Shown: in pieces, positions 31,324-41,835 of the stretch | Layout of the letters: each line of letters starts with the position of its first letter | Numbering within the stretch: the stretch's first letter is position 1 | NCBI GenBank assembly: GCA_019057475.1 | Contig: DXJO01000014.1 | Location: forward strand, 1 to 64,000 | Direction: 5' to 3' | DNA length: 64,000 bases | DNA from: Candidatus Thorarchaeota archaeon | Lineage (GTDB): Archaea; Asgardarchaeota; Thorarchaeia; Thorarchaeales; Thorarchaeaceae | The notes under the pieces: model-generated | The model's input: the letters and a program-made list of their open reading frames with translations, nothing else | What the model was told of the DNA's origin: nothing | The model's database searches: none | Program-made: the position numbers and the translations under genes

Positions 31324-32538
31324 TTATCTGGTGTGAATGAACTCTATTGCTTCGGAATCACACACAACTGCACACAAGCCACACCCATCGCACTTCTCTG
31401 GGTTGATGACTGCGACGCCATCTCGCATTTGAATTGCCACGTAGCCACCATCAGCGCACGCAATAACACAGTTCTTGCATCCCGTGCACTTCTCATTGAT
31501 TACTCTGGCAACGACGGGAGGAAGCTTGCTAAGAGCGGTCCAAGTTGTGATTTTGGGCAGAGCCAGGCCGACCAGTTCCTCAAGGGTTTCGTAACCCTTG
31601 CGCTCCATGAATTTAGTCATTCCATCGGTAATTGTTCTAATTATGGAGAAGCCATGCCACATGACTGCAGTGCAGATTTGTAGCGATCTGGCGCCGACCA
31701 TGAGGTACTCTACGGCGCTGGTCCAGCTATCGATGCCACCAATGCCAGATATCGGGGTGTCTGGAAACGCCTTGGCAATCTGTGAAACGACTCGAAGTCC
31801 CACTGGTCGGACTGCTGGGCCGCAGAAGCCACCATAGGTGCTGAGCTGTTCCTTTCGATCCAAGCCGTAAGCAATAGGAAGCGGAGTTACTGTTTCAACA
31901 TCGACACCAATGAGTGACTCAATCGTATTGATTGCCGACAGCGCATCAGCGCCCCCCTTCACCGCGGCTTGAGCAATCGGTACGATATCTGTGACATTAG
32001 GTGTCAGTTTCACAAATAATGGTAAGTCTGTTCCCTTCTTCGCTGCTTGAGTGACTTGCTCAACAAGAGTTGGGTCCTGACCGATGAAGGCGCCCATGTG
32101 TTTCTCAGGTGAGCCGTGAGGACAAGAAACATTGATCTCGATTGCGTCGACACCGGTCTGGGAGATGGTTTCCGCCAATGATGTCCACCCCTCGGGTTCA
32201 GGGCTACTCATGATACTGGCAACCAGCACAAAGTCATCGGGTGCTTCTGCCTTGATCTTTGGAATCCAGTCCTCAGTCCACGTCGACAGGGGCTCACGAG
32301 AGAGAAGCTCTATGTTGTTCATGCCTATTAGTTTGCTACCCGTTCGCAGAGCGCCCAATCGCGTTCGTGGATCAACAGTGGGTTCCTCTGTGACAGTCTT
32401 GATGACAGCACCGCCCCAGCCAACTCGGGCGGCTCGGAGGATGTGGCGCGCATCCATTGCGGGAGGCGCAGATGATAGCAGAAAGGGATTCTTGAATTGA
32501 AGCCCTGCAAACTCTATTGCCAAGCGGTTAGACGACAC
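31324..32538 (-). CDS. preA: Dihydropyrimidine dehydrogenase PreA subunit (likely GTG start at 32538)
   Basis: NPFLLSSAPP, NNIEL, NVSCPHG, KLTPN, C-terminal 2x[4Fe-4S]. Confidence 0.92.
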   Translation of the reverse strand: MSSNRLAIEFAGLQFKNPFLLSSAPPAMDARHILRAARVGWGGAVIKTVTEEPTVDPRTRLGALRTGSKLIGMNNIELLSREPLSTWTEDWIPKIKAEAPDDFVLVASIMSSPEPEGWTSLAETISQTGVDAIEINVSCPHGSPEKHMGAFIGQDPTLVEQVTQAAKKGTDLPLFVKLTPNVTDIVPIAQAAVKGGADALSAINTIESLIGVDVETVTPLPIAYGLDRKEQLSTYGGFCGPAVRPVGLRVVSQIAKAFPDTPISGIGGIDSWTSAVEYLMVGARSLQICTAVMWHGFSIIRTITDGMTKFMERKGYETLEELVGLALPKITTWTALSKLPPVVARVINEKCTGCKNCVIACADGGYVAIQMRDGVAVINPEKCDGCGLCAVVCDSEAIEFIHTR

Positions 32539-32643
32539 GATTTCATCACTTCTCCAGCTCTGATGTCTTGGAAACCCCTCCCCTAAAGTCTTTAGGGCGA
32601 ATGTAACATGCAATTCGCCACCGACGCGGAATTGGTGAATAAG

Positions 32644-33981
32644 ATGGATAATGACTTGGTTCCGGAAGATCTTCGTAAGGAATACACTAAGGATGAGATT
32701 ATAGAGATTGAGAAGAAGTACCTCGCTCCAGCGGTGGGTCATTACTACAAAGACCCCGTTCTCTTCGTTCGAGGCGAAGGAGCCACTCTGGAAGACGCTT
32801 CAGGAAAGCACTACATAGACCTGTTTGCTGGCATCTGCACAACAATCACAGGATATAATCACCCGAAGTATGTATCCACAATCCAATGGCAGGCCGAACG
32901 ATTGGTGTACACGAGTTCCCTTTACGCCACCATTCCGTATGCAGTGCTCGTAAAACGGCTTGCTGAGATAGCCCCATCAGGCCTATCTAGGTCATTTATT
33001 GTCAACAGTGGCTCAGAAGCCATTGAAGCGGCTATCTTCATGGCTCGAAAATACAAGAGCAATCCTTACGTCGTTGCATGCCAGCGGGCCTATCATGGAC
33101 GTACCACCTTGGCCAGGGAACTCTCAAGCGCGGGGTGGCGTACTGTCCCAGAGGGGCACCCATCTGGTGTTCGCTTCACTCCATATGGATACTGCTACAG
33201 GTGCCACTTTGGCAAGGAGTTCCCGGACTGCGACTTTGAGTGTGCACGTTATCTTCGGGAAGTGATACGTACTCAGACCAACAATGCCATTGCTGCATTC
33301 ATTGCTGAGCCGATTCAGGGGGTTGCAGGTATCATTCAGCCGCCTTCTGAGTACTTCAGGATTGTATATGAGATTGTGAAGGAGTACGGGGGGCTTTACA
33401 TCTCTGACGAGGTGCAGACAGGGTTTGGTAGAACTGGATCCAAATGGTGGGGGATTCAACATGCGGGTGTGGACCCTGACATCATCACGCTTGCAAAGGG
33501 TTTCGGCAGTGGGATTCCAATTGGGGGATTCATCACACGCCCAGAGATTGCCGCAAATTACGCTGTGACTGATGCCTTTGCAACTTTCGGAGGTAATCCT
33601 TTGTCGTGCGCAGCCGCTGTGGCTGTCATAGATATAATCCAAGAAAGCAAATACCTAGAGAGAGCTGCGAAACTTGGCGCTCTCTTGAAAAAGAAACTGG
33701 AGTCACTCCAAGAGGACCACAAATTGGTGGGTGAGGTTCGAGGCCAAGGATTGATGCTGGGTGTAGAACTAGTTCGTGATAGAACTACCAAAGAGCCTGC
33801 TGTCCAAGAGATGCTCCAAGTGATGGAACTATGCAAGACCCGAGGGCTGCTGATCGGGAAGGGCGGACTTGACGGCAATGTGATCAGGTTTCAGCCACCA
33901 CTCGAACTCACAGCTGCGCAGATCGATGAGGCGTGCGCCATCCTTGATGAAGCCTTCACAGAGGTCGAAAAAGGCCTGTGA
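32644..33981 (+). CDS. Class III aminotransferase (AGXT2-like, probably beta-alanine)
   Basis: NSGSEA, AEPIQG, DEVQTGFGR, AKG; cluster context. Confidence 0.88.
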   Translation: MDNDLVPEDLRKEYTKDEIIEIEKKYLAPAVGHYYKDPVLFVRGEGATLEDASGKHYIDLFAGICTTITGYNHPKYVSTIQWQAERLVYTSSLYATIPYAVLVKRLAEIAPSGLSRSFIVNSGSEAIEAAIFMARKYKSNPYVVACQRAYHGRTTLARELSSAGWRTVPEGHPSGVRFTPYGYCYRCHFGKEFPDCDFECARYLREVIRTQTNNAIAAFIAEPIQGVAGIIQPPSEYFRIVYEIVKEYGGLYISDEVQTGFGRTGSKWWGIQHAGVDPDIITLAKGFGSGIPIGGFITRPEIAANYAVTDAFATFGGNPLSCAAAVAVIDIIQESKYLERAAKLGALLKKKLESLQEDHKLVGEVRGQGLMLGVELVRDRTTKEPAVQEMLQVMELCKTRGLLIGKGGLDGNVIRFQPPLELTAAQIDEACAILDEAFTEVEKGL

Positions 33982-33990
33982 TGTGCCCAT

Positions 33991-34863
33991 TTAGAGCTTG
34001 GTTAGGTCTCCGTAGCTGTCTGGTCGGCGGTCCCTGTAGAACTGCCAAGTGTTCCGGACCTCGCGGATAAGATCCAAATCGATATCGGCCACGATTAGCT
34101 CTTCCTTGTCTCGAGAGCCTTGGGCAACGAGATTTCCTCGTGGGTCAGCCACGTAAGAGCTACCGTAAAATGTGCCAGTCTTCCAAGGTTCTTCACCCAC
34201 TCGATTGATGGCCGCTATGAAGTATCCGTTTGCCACAGCATGTGCGGGTTGTTCCAGAATCCATAGGTGCTCAGAGAGACCTGCAACAGTGGCGGATGGA
34301 TTGAAAACTATCTCGGCACCATTCAAACCAAGGGCTCGCGCTCCTTCTGGAAAATGACGATCATAGCATATGTAGATGCCAACCTTGCCTACTGAGGTCT
34401 CGAAGACAGGATATCCAAGATTGCCCGGACGGAAGTAGAACTTCTCCCAGAAGCCCGGGTCGAGATGCGGAATGTGCATCTTTCTCATCTTGCCTAGAAG
34501 ACTTCCATCAGAGTCAATGATAATGGCAGTGTTATAGTAAATGCCAGCCATTTCCTCCTCGTACATTGGAACAATCAGAACAAGATTGTTTTTCCTTGCC
34601 AAATTGCACATGCGTTCTGTTAGAGGGCCAGGAATAGGCTGCGCGTACTTGTACCATCGCCGATTTTGCTCCGCACAAAAGTAGGGCCCATAGAATAGCT
34701 CTTGAAAGCATAAAATCTGAACTTCTTTCTTCTTTGCAGCAGCGGCAAAGTTCTCATGCTTCCGAATCATCTTTTCGATGCTTTCTTCAATGGCCTCTTC
34801 ATCGGTGACATCACCGTCCCATTTGGCTTGAACAAGACCCACACGCAGATTTCTCACTGTCAT
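33991..34863 (-). CDS. Beta-ureidopropionase (nitrilase superfamily)
   Basis: QELF, RKMHIP..FWEKFYF, ICYDRH. Confidence 0.88.
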   Translation of the reverse strand: MTVRNLRVGLVQAKWDGDVTDEEAIEESIEKMIRKHENFAAAAKKKEVQILCFQELFYGPYFCAEQNRRWYKYAQPIPGPLTERMCNLARKNNLVLIVPMYEEEMAGIYYNTAIIIDSDGSLLGKMRKMHIPHLDPGFWEKFYFRPGNLGYPVFETSVGKVGIYICYDRHFPEGARALGLNGAEIVFNPSATVAGLSEHLWILEQPAHAVANGYFIAAINRVGEEPWKTGTFYGSSYVADPRGNLVAQGSRDKEELIVADIDLDLIREVRNTWQFYRDRRPDSYGDLTKL

Positions 34864-34965
34864 TCACTCCTATGATTTTGGGAATTGAGGAGTAGTTCCC
34901 TCGTCTAATAGGGATTTCCCAAACGATTTATGGCGAGCCCCCCAATGGATTAAGGAGGCTTTTCC

Positions 34966-36357
34966 ATGGTTGAGCTGGATCTCGTTATCAAGAATGGAAT
35001 AATCGTGACTGCTTCCGATACATACACAGCAGATGTCGGAGTGCAAAAGGGGAAGATAGTATCTGTGGCGGAGGATTTGACCGCAGGCCCTGAAACACAG
35101 ATTATTGAAGCAAAGGGGAAATACGTCTTTCCAGGAGGAATTGATGTTCATGTCCATCTCCAGCTTCCGTTCTCTGGAACCATTTCTGCTGACGATTTCG
35201 AGAACGGCACCAAGGCTGCCGCATGCGGTGGTGTGACTACTGTAATCGATTTCGCAATTCAGAGTAAAGGCCACTCAATCATGGAGGCAGTTGAGGCTCG
35301 ACGGGCCGAGGCGGACCCGAAAGTATGTATCGACTATGGTCTGCATGCCGCCATTACGGACTGGAACGACAAGACTCAGGCTGAGATCAAGCAAGTCATT
35401 GACTATGGTATCCCCACATTCAAGATGTTCATGATCTACAAGAATGAGGGCTGGATGGCTGATGATGGCATGTTGTTCCGCGCTCTGGAGGAAACTGCAA
35501 AGCTCGGCGGACATATCGGAGTCCACGCAGAGAGTGCGTTCGTCTTGGAGATGTTGATTGACAGGTACGCAAAGGAGAAAGAGAAATGGGGTGCATATGG
35601 ACATACACTGTCTCGCCCCGCTTTCACTGAGGAAGAAGCAATCATTCGTGCAATCAAATGGGCTGAGGTCACAGGCGGACAGTTATACATAGTTCATATG
35701 TCCACCGGCGGTGGCGCTGACGCGGTTCATGCTGCGAAGGAGCGCGGTGTGAGAGTATACGCAGAAACTTGCCCTCAGTATCTTCTGCTTGATGACGAGG
35801 TCTTCAAGGGTAAGAATGGGCATCTGTATGCCACCTGTCCACAGGTCAAGAAGCCTCACGATAATGAGCGTCTGTGGAAAGGATTGCTGAATGGCGATGT
35901 GCAGGTAGTGGCGACAGATACGTGCACCTTCACATCTGAGCAGAAGGCCGCATGGAATGGCGATTTTAGAAAGATTCCATTCGGAATGCCTGGCGTTGAA
36001 ACCATGGTGCCCCTGATGTACACAGAGGGAGTCCGCAAACGAGGATTTACGGTGAACCAGCTGGTGGCCCTCATCAGCACGAATCCTGCGAAGCTATTCG
36101 GCATGCACCCTGACAAGGGGACCATTGCTGTTGGCAGTGACGCAGATTTGGTCGTCTTCGATCCTGAGAAGAAGGTGACACTTCGAGCCGCTGACCTGCA
36201 GACTAACTGTGATTGGAGCCCATTCGAAGGGTGGAAGCTCGTTGGGTACCCTTCGATAACCATATCTAGGGGTGCAGTGGTTGCACAAGAAGGCAAGTTC
36301 GTTGGAGAGGTGGGCCACGGCAAGTTCTTACAACGAAGACCCTTTGGGAAGCTCTAG
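34966..36357 (+). CDS. hydA: Dihydropyrimidinase
   Basis: PGGIDVHVH, FK.F, VHAE, VHMS, ETCPQY, ATD. Confidence 0.93.
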   Translation: MVELDLVIKNGIIVTASDTYTADVGVQKGKIVSVAEDLTAGPETQIIEAKGKYVFPGGIDVHVHLQLPFSGTISADDFENGTKAAACGGVTTVIDFAIQSKGHSIMEAVEARRAEADPKVCIDYGLHAAITDWNDKTQAEIKQVIDYGIPTFKMFMIYKNEGWMADDGMLFRALEETAKLGGHIGVHAESAFVLEMLIDRYAKEKEKWGAYGHTLSRPAFTEEEAIIRAIKWAEVTGGQLYIVHMSTGGGADAVHAAKERGVRVYAETCPQYLLLDDEVFKGKNGHLYATCPQVKKPHDNERLWKGLLNGDVQVVATDTCTFTSEQKAAWNGDFRKIPFGMPGVETMVPLMYTEGVRKRGFTVNQLVALISTNPAKLFGMHPDKGTIAVGSDADLVVFDPEKKVTLRAADLQTNCDWSPFEGWKLVGYPSITISRGAVVAQEGKFVGEVGHGKFLQRRPFGKL

Positions 36358-36385
36358 GACCTGAATAAGAAGGAGTGTTGGTTTC

Positions 36386-37075
36386 ATGGATGCAGAAAGG
36401 CTGGAATTTGGAGTTGGGCAAGACAAATCGGAGGATGGGACACTTGCGAATCTGTGGAAGTATTTCGTACACGGGCTTGTATTCGCACTAATTATGTTGG
36501 GATTCCCGTTCTTCATGGATGTGGTCTTACTGGAGGCAATTTATGGGGGCTCATTGAGTGCTGCACTCGGAGGGCTGGTTCTTGTCTTTATCATGCTACT
36601 GTTTGGTGTTGGCTTCTTCAATAGCTACCTTGCACGCTACCTATGGGACCTCAACCCCAAAAGGACTCTAGCAAGCTGGTTGGGGCAGGGCATCTTGGTC
36701 CTCTTAATGCTACCACTATTCGGTTTCATCTACTACATGATAATCATGCTTCTGTGGGGATTTGCATCACCTCCAGCAATACTGTCAGCGGTCGTTCTCT
36801 TCTTTCTGGATGCAATCGCAAGTGGCTACATTGGCAGGCATGTTGCTGCAGAGTTTGAGGAACAACGAGAGGGAGTGGAGGAACTAGCATCAGTTGCGGA
36901 TCGCCACATACCGTGTCCTCACTGTGGTTCTCTCTTCATGTGCAAAAGCTCTATGATTGGTCCTAATGGAGAGGCGATCTGTCCACATTGTCGAGAAGCA
37001 GTGATTGTGCCAATCGAAGGCCCTCGGCCAGAGTATTCGGGTTGGGAACGGAAACCTGAGCGTAGCGAATGGTGA
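36386..37075 (+). CDS. Membrane protein with C-terminal zinc ribbon
   Basis: 4 TM; CPHC...CPHC. Confidence 0.75.
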   Translation: MDAERLEFGVGQDKSEDGTLANLWKYFVHGLVFALIMLGFPFFMDVVLLEAIYGGSLSAALGGLVLVFIMLLFGVGFFNSYLARYLWDLNPKRTLASWLGQGILVLLMLPLFGFIYYMIIMLLWGFASPPAILSAVVLFFLDAIASGYIGRHVAAEFEEQREGVEELASVADRHIPCPHCGSLFMCKSSMIGPNGEAICPHCREAVIVPIEGPRPEYSGWERKPERSEW

Positions 37076-37312
37076 GCATGCCCGTGTGCCTAAGAATACA
37101 ATCCTCAGCTCGGCCTCGTGGAAAAAGCCTGTATATGGACCAAGTCGATGAATGAATACCCACATTCATTGGTGTTTTATGTCCCCAAAATGCTGCAAAG
37201 ACATGACAGAATCAACTGGTTTCGTGCATCAAGGTAGAATTATTCCACAGGATCCCTCGGCTCCAATCATTTATTAGCATAGAAAATCGGGCAGTGGCTG
37301 AGGCTATATGCT

Positions 37313-37930
37313 GTGACGATAGACGATGGAATCGGTGGAGGACGCCGAAACTTCAAAGTTGTGCAAAAACTGGCTGCATTGCGACCAGTCTACGAAATCT
37401 ATGACGAACAAACTGGCGAAAGGATTGCCACCGGACGACGGACGTGGATGAGTTTCCTTAGATCTACCATTCATTTCGAAGATGAACAGGGAAATAGGAT
37501 ACTCACAGCCAAGGGAGGCTTCTTTGACAAGACTTTCTGGTTGTACGATGAAAGCGGAGGGAAGATCGCGAAGCTCACGCGGCCGTGGATTGCACTCCGC
37601 AAGAACTTCACAATATACTACCGTGACGACTTCATCAAGGCGCAAGCAGGATTCCTGCCATGGGGATTCGAAGCTCTGAGAAGCGACGGAACGTTTGCAT
37701 TCAGACTAGACAAGAAGATCATCGCGATAAGGGACCAGTCTAGGGTTTCTGTTGGAGACTACATGCCCTGGCTTCACGCCGTTTCATCCGCAGTTGTTGT
37801 GGACCAAATCTTCTTCAAGACTAAAGGCTGTGGTGCGACCCTAATCTGCTGTCTGCTACCCGTCGTGATACTCTTGGGGGCACTCTTCGGGTTGATGATG
37901 CTTGCGAGCTTGCTGGGTCTTGCTCCGTGA
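37313..37930 (+). CDS. LURP-one/scramblase (tubby C-terminal-like) protein with C-terminal TM
   Basis: F.V.QK..ALRP.YEIYD..G repeats; closing A..VVVD helix. Confidence 0.72.
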   Translation: MTIDDGIGGGRRNFKVVQKLAALRPVYEIYDEQTGERIATGRRTWMSFLRSTIHFEDEQGNRILTAKGGFFDKTFWLYDESGGKIAKLTRPWIALRKNFTIYYRDDFIKAQAGFLPWGFEALRSDGTFAFRLDKKIIAIRDQSRVSVGDYMPWLHAVSSAVVVDQIFFKTKGCGATLICCLLPVVILLGALFGLMMLASLLGLAP

Positions 37931-38079
37931 ACCGGGTCATCTTGCTCAGCTTAGTTGCTGAGAATTTGGCATTAGCGAAAACGTGAGCGGGTACTTTGGA
38001 AACCAAGTCGCAATTACCAGCAGCAAATGCGCTGCGACTGCTCCAGATCCTGCCCGCTCCGTTGTTTGTTTTACTACAT

Positions 38080-38139
38080 AGGTGCTGCGCAAGTACTGCT
38101 TTTAGTCTACACACATCATGCATTAGTAGTGGAGAGCAG
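38080..38139 (-). repeat. Degenerate copy of 23S rRNA 3' end/trailer
   Basis: 45/60 ungapped identity to 47521-47580. Confidence 0.8.
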
Positions 38140-38184
38140 GGCTCTTGACTATTAATAGGAGCAGAGAGCCTAGCCTGTTGAATC

Positions 38185-39147
38185 CTACGCAACAGATGTT
38201 GGCAGTTCGACCACAACTCGCTCGAGACCCTCACTCTTCATTCTTCTCTCTAAATCCCTGACGTTCCGTCTCATAGCTAGTTCATAGAAGGAGTATACAA
38301 CCGAAATGGGACCCATTGCCAAGAGTGGTGCGATAAAGATGACTACAACTGGGAGAAGAAAGAACCAAAGAGGAACTTCAATGGTACCAGGCAATGACGT
38401 GAACCATTCATAAGTCTGAAGGGCAATGAGGAAGTAGGTTGCGATAGTCGAAATCCCTGCAAACCCCTTGAGCAGCGCAAGGTAGTAGTTTCCGACTCCC
38501 TCTATGTCCGCCGTGGATCGTGTGCCCTCTATTTTCCGTTCATAGATAATCCCAGTGTCTTCGAGAAGCCAGGCTGGAGCAAAGAAGATGACAATGAAGC
38601 TAGAAATCAGAAGTAGAAGGAAGAAGAGGGGCATAGTTTCTGCAATGCCGCGAGCCGATGGTGCAAGGGTGTCAAAACTCTCCGTCACGAATAGGAGGTC
38701 AGCAATGCTCGAATTGCTAGCGAGTGTTGATGCAAGTCCCAATGAAACGAAAGCAGGGATGATAAGCCTCCTGATGTAACTCGCGTGGCCAGCCCTTGGA
38801 TCCAACGCCTGTATGTGATAGTTGCAGTTTCTGCCTGTGATAAGACGGTGCATTTTCCATTGGAGAAGCGACAGATGTCGCGAGGTCAGGTATACAACTA
38901 TGCCTATGGCCACTGAGATGACGTAGAGCCATACGAAGTCGATTAGTATGTCTCCCGGCAGGAGTCGATAGAGCCCAAGAGGACTAGTGAACGGAAAAAT
39001 TTCAGCATAACTGAACACTACCGTGAGGGCCATACTAACAATGGCGACGATGTGCAAAGGCACCACGAATCTCCAGGGGATTGATGGGGCCAGCGCGTCA
39101 TTATCCTTCAAACCAGAGTGTAGTACGTCCGTATCGTGCTCTGACAT
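38185..39147 (-). CDS. Hypothetical polytopic membrane protein
   Basis: 320-aa ORF, several TM segments. Confidence 0.75.
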   Translation of the reverse strand: MSEHDTDVLHSGLKDNDALAPSIPWRFVVPLHIVAIVSMALTVVFSYAEIFPFTSPLGLYRLLPGDILIDFVWLYVISVAIGIVVYLTSRHLSLLQWKMHRLITGRNCNYHIQALDPRAGHASYIRRLIIPAFVSLGLASTLASNSSIADLLFVTESFDTLAPSARGIAETMPLFFLLLLISSFIVIFFAPAWLLEDTGIIYERKIEGTRSTADIEGVGNYYLALLKGFAGISTIATYFLIALQTYEWFTSLPGTIEVPLWFFLLPVVVIFIAPLLAMGPISVVYSFYELAMRRNVRDLERRMKSEGLERVVVELPTSVA

Positions 39148-39225
39148 TGACTCAACCTCTTCAGATAGACAACTGACTTTCTGAGATAGTGGTCATTATC
39201 GCACCGGCTTTTAGCAGTATTTCGT

Positions 39226-39278
39226 AGGTTCGTAACTTCTTTCTCTTGACAACTTTGGGTGTTGTGTGAATATCGCTT
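39226..39278 (-). repeat. Degenerate copy of 23S trailer (BHB 3' arm)
   Basis: cttgacaactttgggtgttgtgtgaatatcgc vs cttgacaactctaggtactgtgcgaaaaccgc. Confidence 0.72.
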
Positions 39279-39356
39279 GGGAGCTGTAGATATGGAGTAT
39301 CCTTGATTCCATTAGATTACTCCCGCCTGACCTGTATCAAGCATGCGGGAGAGCCG

Positions 39357-40625
39357 TTAATCAGCTATCCTCTTCATGGCCATCTCACGCAGATCGTCAG
39401 GAATCTCAAACTTGAATGGCAAATCCGGAAACGCCTCCAAAGAATCTATGACGAGGCACGAAAGTCTGCCAACTTCACCCAAGTCCCTGGGTCGAAGAAG
39501 AGAGGGAATATCTATGGTGCTGTGACTGACATTTCCACTGGTGGTGCCATGGCTTGCCATATGGATGGTTGGGATGCCATTTGCGGCGAAAACCTTGTTG
39601 TCCCCACCCGACGTTGCGACACGTCTACACCTAGCGGGATATGCGCCAGTCTTGGCAGTGGAGTCCAGCCAGCTAATCATCTTATCAGTGCCTGCAGCGA
39701 GCAGGAGTAAAACACCAGGGAGTGCGCCGATGCTGTCAATATTAATGCAGAGAGAGATTAAGTCTAGACTGTGAGATGCTACAAACTCCTTTGATCCCAG
39801 CATGCCCAGTTCCTCCCCACCGAATGATACGAAGTGATATGTGAACTTAGGCTGAGTCTTTGAGATTGCCCGAGCTATCTCAAGCATTATTGCCACACCT
39901 GCTGCGTTGTCGGTAGCACCAGGGGCAAAAGTGCAGGTGTCATGGTGCGCACAAATCAGAACCGTTTCTTCTCGTTGTCCGGACACACTTGCGGAAACAT
40001 TCCGAAGTAGACCCGCCTTAGATTTGCCGTGCACTATCAGTCGCAACTTAGACCCAAATATCCGGTCATGTATCTTGGCCATATCAGCTGCAGAAACAAC
40101 CATTGACGGAGCTGTAGAGAATAGTTCTCCGAGACCGGTGTAATCGTATGACCTGGGTGCCAGATTCCTATTTAGGTCCATGAACACGACTGCCGCGGGA
40201 TGCTTCGAATACAAGGACGCCCATGCTTCATAGATGTCATCACTGTGCTGGTCAATCATCAGAACACATGCAATACGTCCCTTAACGCGGGCTGCAGGAA
40301 CATCATCTATCAGTTCGTGTGAGCCAATATAGATAGTTTCTGCAGTGAGACCTTGCGCTGGAGTTTCTGCACTCATCCAACATGGTACACCATTGAGTGA
40401 AATCCCTGTTGTGGGGTCTTGTATCATGGCTAGCTTTGCATCGTAGTACTTGTGTGGAAACTCATAACAGATCACGTCGGTCAGTCCATATTCTTTGAAT
40501 TGACGCTCGATTAGTTTGACTGCAGCTTCTTCAGACTTGGAACCGGAAACCCTTGGACCTAGGTCACACAGCCGTTTCATGTTTTCATAAACTCGCGCTT
40601 CCTCGAACTCAAGCATTCCCATCAC
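39357..40625 (-). CDS. M28 aminopeptidase with PA-like insert
   Basis: AHHD, GATDNAAG, GEELG, NID, H...D. Confidence 0.9.
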   Translation of the reverse strand: MMGMLEFEEARVYENMKRLCDLGPRVSGSKSEEAAVKLIERQFKEYGLTDVICYEFPHKYYDAKLAMIQDPTTGISLNGVPCWMSAETPAQGLTAETIYIGSHELIDDVPAARVKGRIACVLMIDQHSDDIYEAWASLYSKHPAAVVFMDLNRNLAPRSYDYTGLGELFSTAPSMVVSAADMAKIHDRIFGSKLRLIVHGKSKAGLLRNVSASVSGQREETVLICAHHDTCTFAPGATDNAAGVAIMLEIARAISKTQPKFTYHFVSFGGEELGMLGSKEFVASHSLDLISLCINIDSIGALPGVLLLLAAGTDKMISWLDSTAKTGAYPARCRRVATSGGDNKVFAANGIPTIHMASHGTTSGNVSHSTIDIPSLLRPRDLGEVGRLSCLVIDSLEAFPDLPFKFEIPDDLREMAMKRIAD

Positions 40626-40869
40626 TCACCTTCGTCTATGGGGGTTCGCTAGCGATTGCAAATCAACACCTCACATAAGGCCTTTCCCAGATACGCAAAG
40701 CAGGGCACATCAAACAGTCAACAAGCGATGGTTGAAAGGATTGGGTTTCAGATTAATTTAACAACACAACAATGGTGACAAGACACCCAGTTGCATGCCC
40801 TGACAGGATTCCGATGCGAGGGGTTAATAGCACACGGGACAATAGCCGTGAGTTGGAGGTTTTTGCCAA

Positions 40870-41352
40870 ATGGAGTTCATAACAGGACACTTGTATACTG
40901 TTTCACAAGCAGATACTTCAAACCCCATGTTCTGGCTGGCCGTCTTCTTTGTCACTGGTCTGGCGGCGATGATTATAATAGCCCTTGCAGTAGGCATTGT
41001 TGTCAGCTTGAAGTATAGGGCAATCCGCAAAAAAGCTGAACAAGCGGGCGTACAAGTGGATTTGAGCTCGGACAGCACAAGAATTACTGCCCAAGGCATT
41101 GAGGGTTGTGGGTATTGTATCGTCTGCACCATTGTCCTGATTCTAGGAGCGTTAGGCATCACGCTTCCAATTGTGTTGACTCAGCAAGCAGAGGATCTAA
41201 TCCTCGCCATTGTCATGGTTGTTATGGGAGCACTCTGTTGGGGAGCAGCTATTGCTGCGATTCCTTATTCGATTCGCGACCTTAAGAAGAAATATCGCGC
41301 ACTAGACGATGCCCTAGCTGCCAAAGCCGGCAAAGAATCAGAAGCGATGTGA
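40870..41352 (+). CDS. Hypothetical 3-TM membrane protein
   Basis: Hydrophobic segments; GGAGG RBS. Confidence 0.7.
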   Translation: MEFITGHLYTVSQADTSNPMFWLAVFFVTGLAAMIIIALAVGIVVSLKYRAIRKKAEQAGVQVDLSSDSTRITAQGIEGCGYCIVCTIVLILGALGITLPIVLTQQAEDLILAIVMVVMGALCWGAAIAAIPYSIRDLKKKYRALDDALAAKAGKESEAM

Positions 41353-41376
41353 TTGTGAAGGTTTCGCAACTCCGGG

Positions 41377-41474
41377 ACCTTGACAACTCTAGGTACTGTG
41401 CGAAAACCGCTTTTAATCTGCACGCCTCGGACATTGGTAGCGGTGAGCTGAACACCTCGCCGAATCTTGGCGCT
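41377..41474 (-). repeat. Near-perfect copy of 23S rRNA 3' end + trailer
   Basis: 98 bp with 4 mismatches vs 47507-47604. Confidence 0.95.
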
Positions 41475-41835
41475 CATTTTCCTGTTGTTTCGGTCCAATC
41501 CGCAGCAATAAACCTCATGATGCAGTTTCTATAGACTCCCACCGAGAGGAAGCTGAAGTTTCAATCTTCCTGATAGTAGCAACCAATCCCTCACGATAAG
41601 ATGAATACTTCGACTGCAAGGACCCGGAAAGGTGACTCATCTTGTCACAGTCCGTACTTGTCACTTTGGAGGTTACATCCATCACTTCAAGTACAACTAA
41701 CGAGATCAATATTGTTGGAATGACACGGCTTGAAACCCGAAGATATGAGGTTTCTCGAGAATTCAATCCTGGAAAAACAGCTAGAAACAGAGATCATAGG
41801 ATTCCTCCAGTGTCGTTTCTGGAGTGACAAAGGAT

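Noticed and set aside
32539-32742. N-terminal extension of preA (similarly 52171-52470 and 59777-60028 for other genes)
   Set aside because: Overlaps divergent genes; homology and RBS-like sites point to downstream starts.
41377-41474. Assembly artefact or second rRNA gene
   Set aside because: Four mismatches plus four further diverged copies argue against a simple duplication artefact; far too short for a gene. A read check is still advisable.
41515-41766. 83-aa ORF next to the rRNA-end copy
   Set aside because: No recognisable motif; possibly a gene remnant but unsupported.
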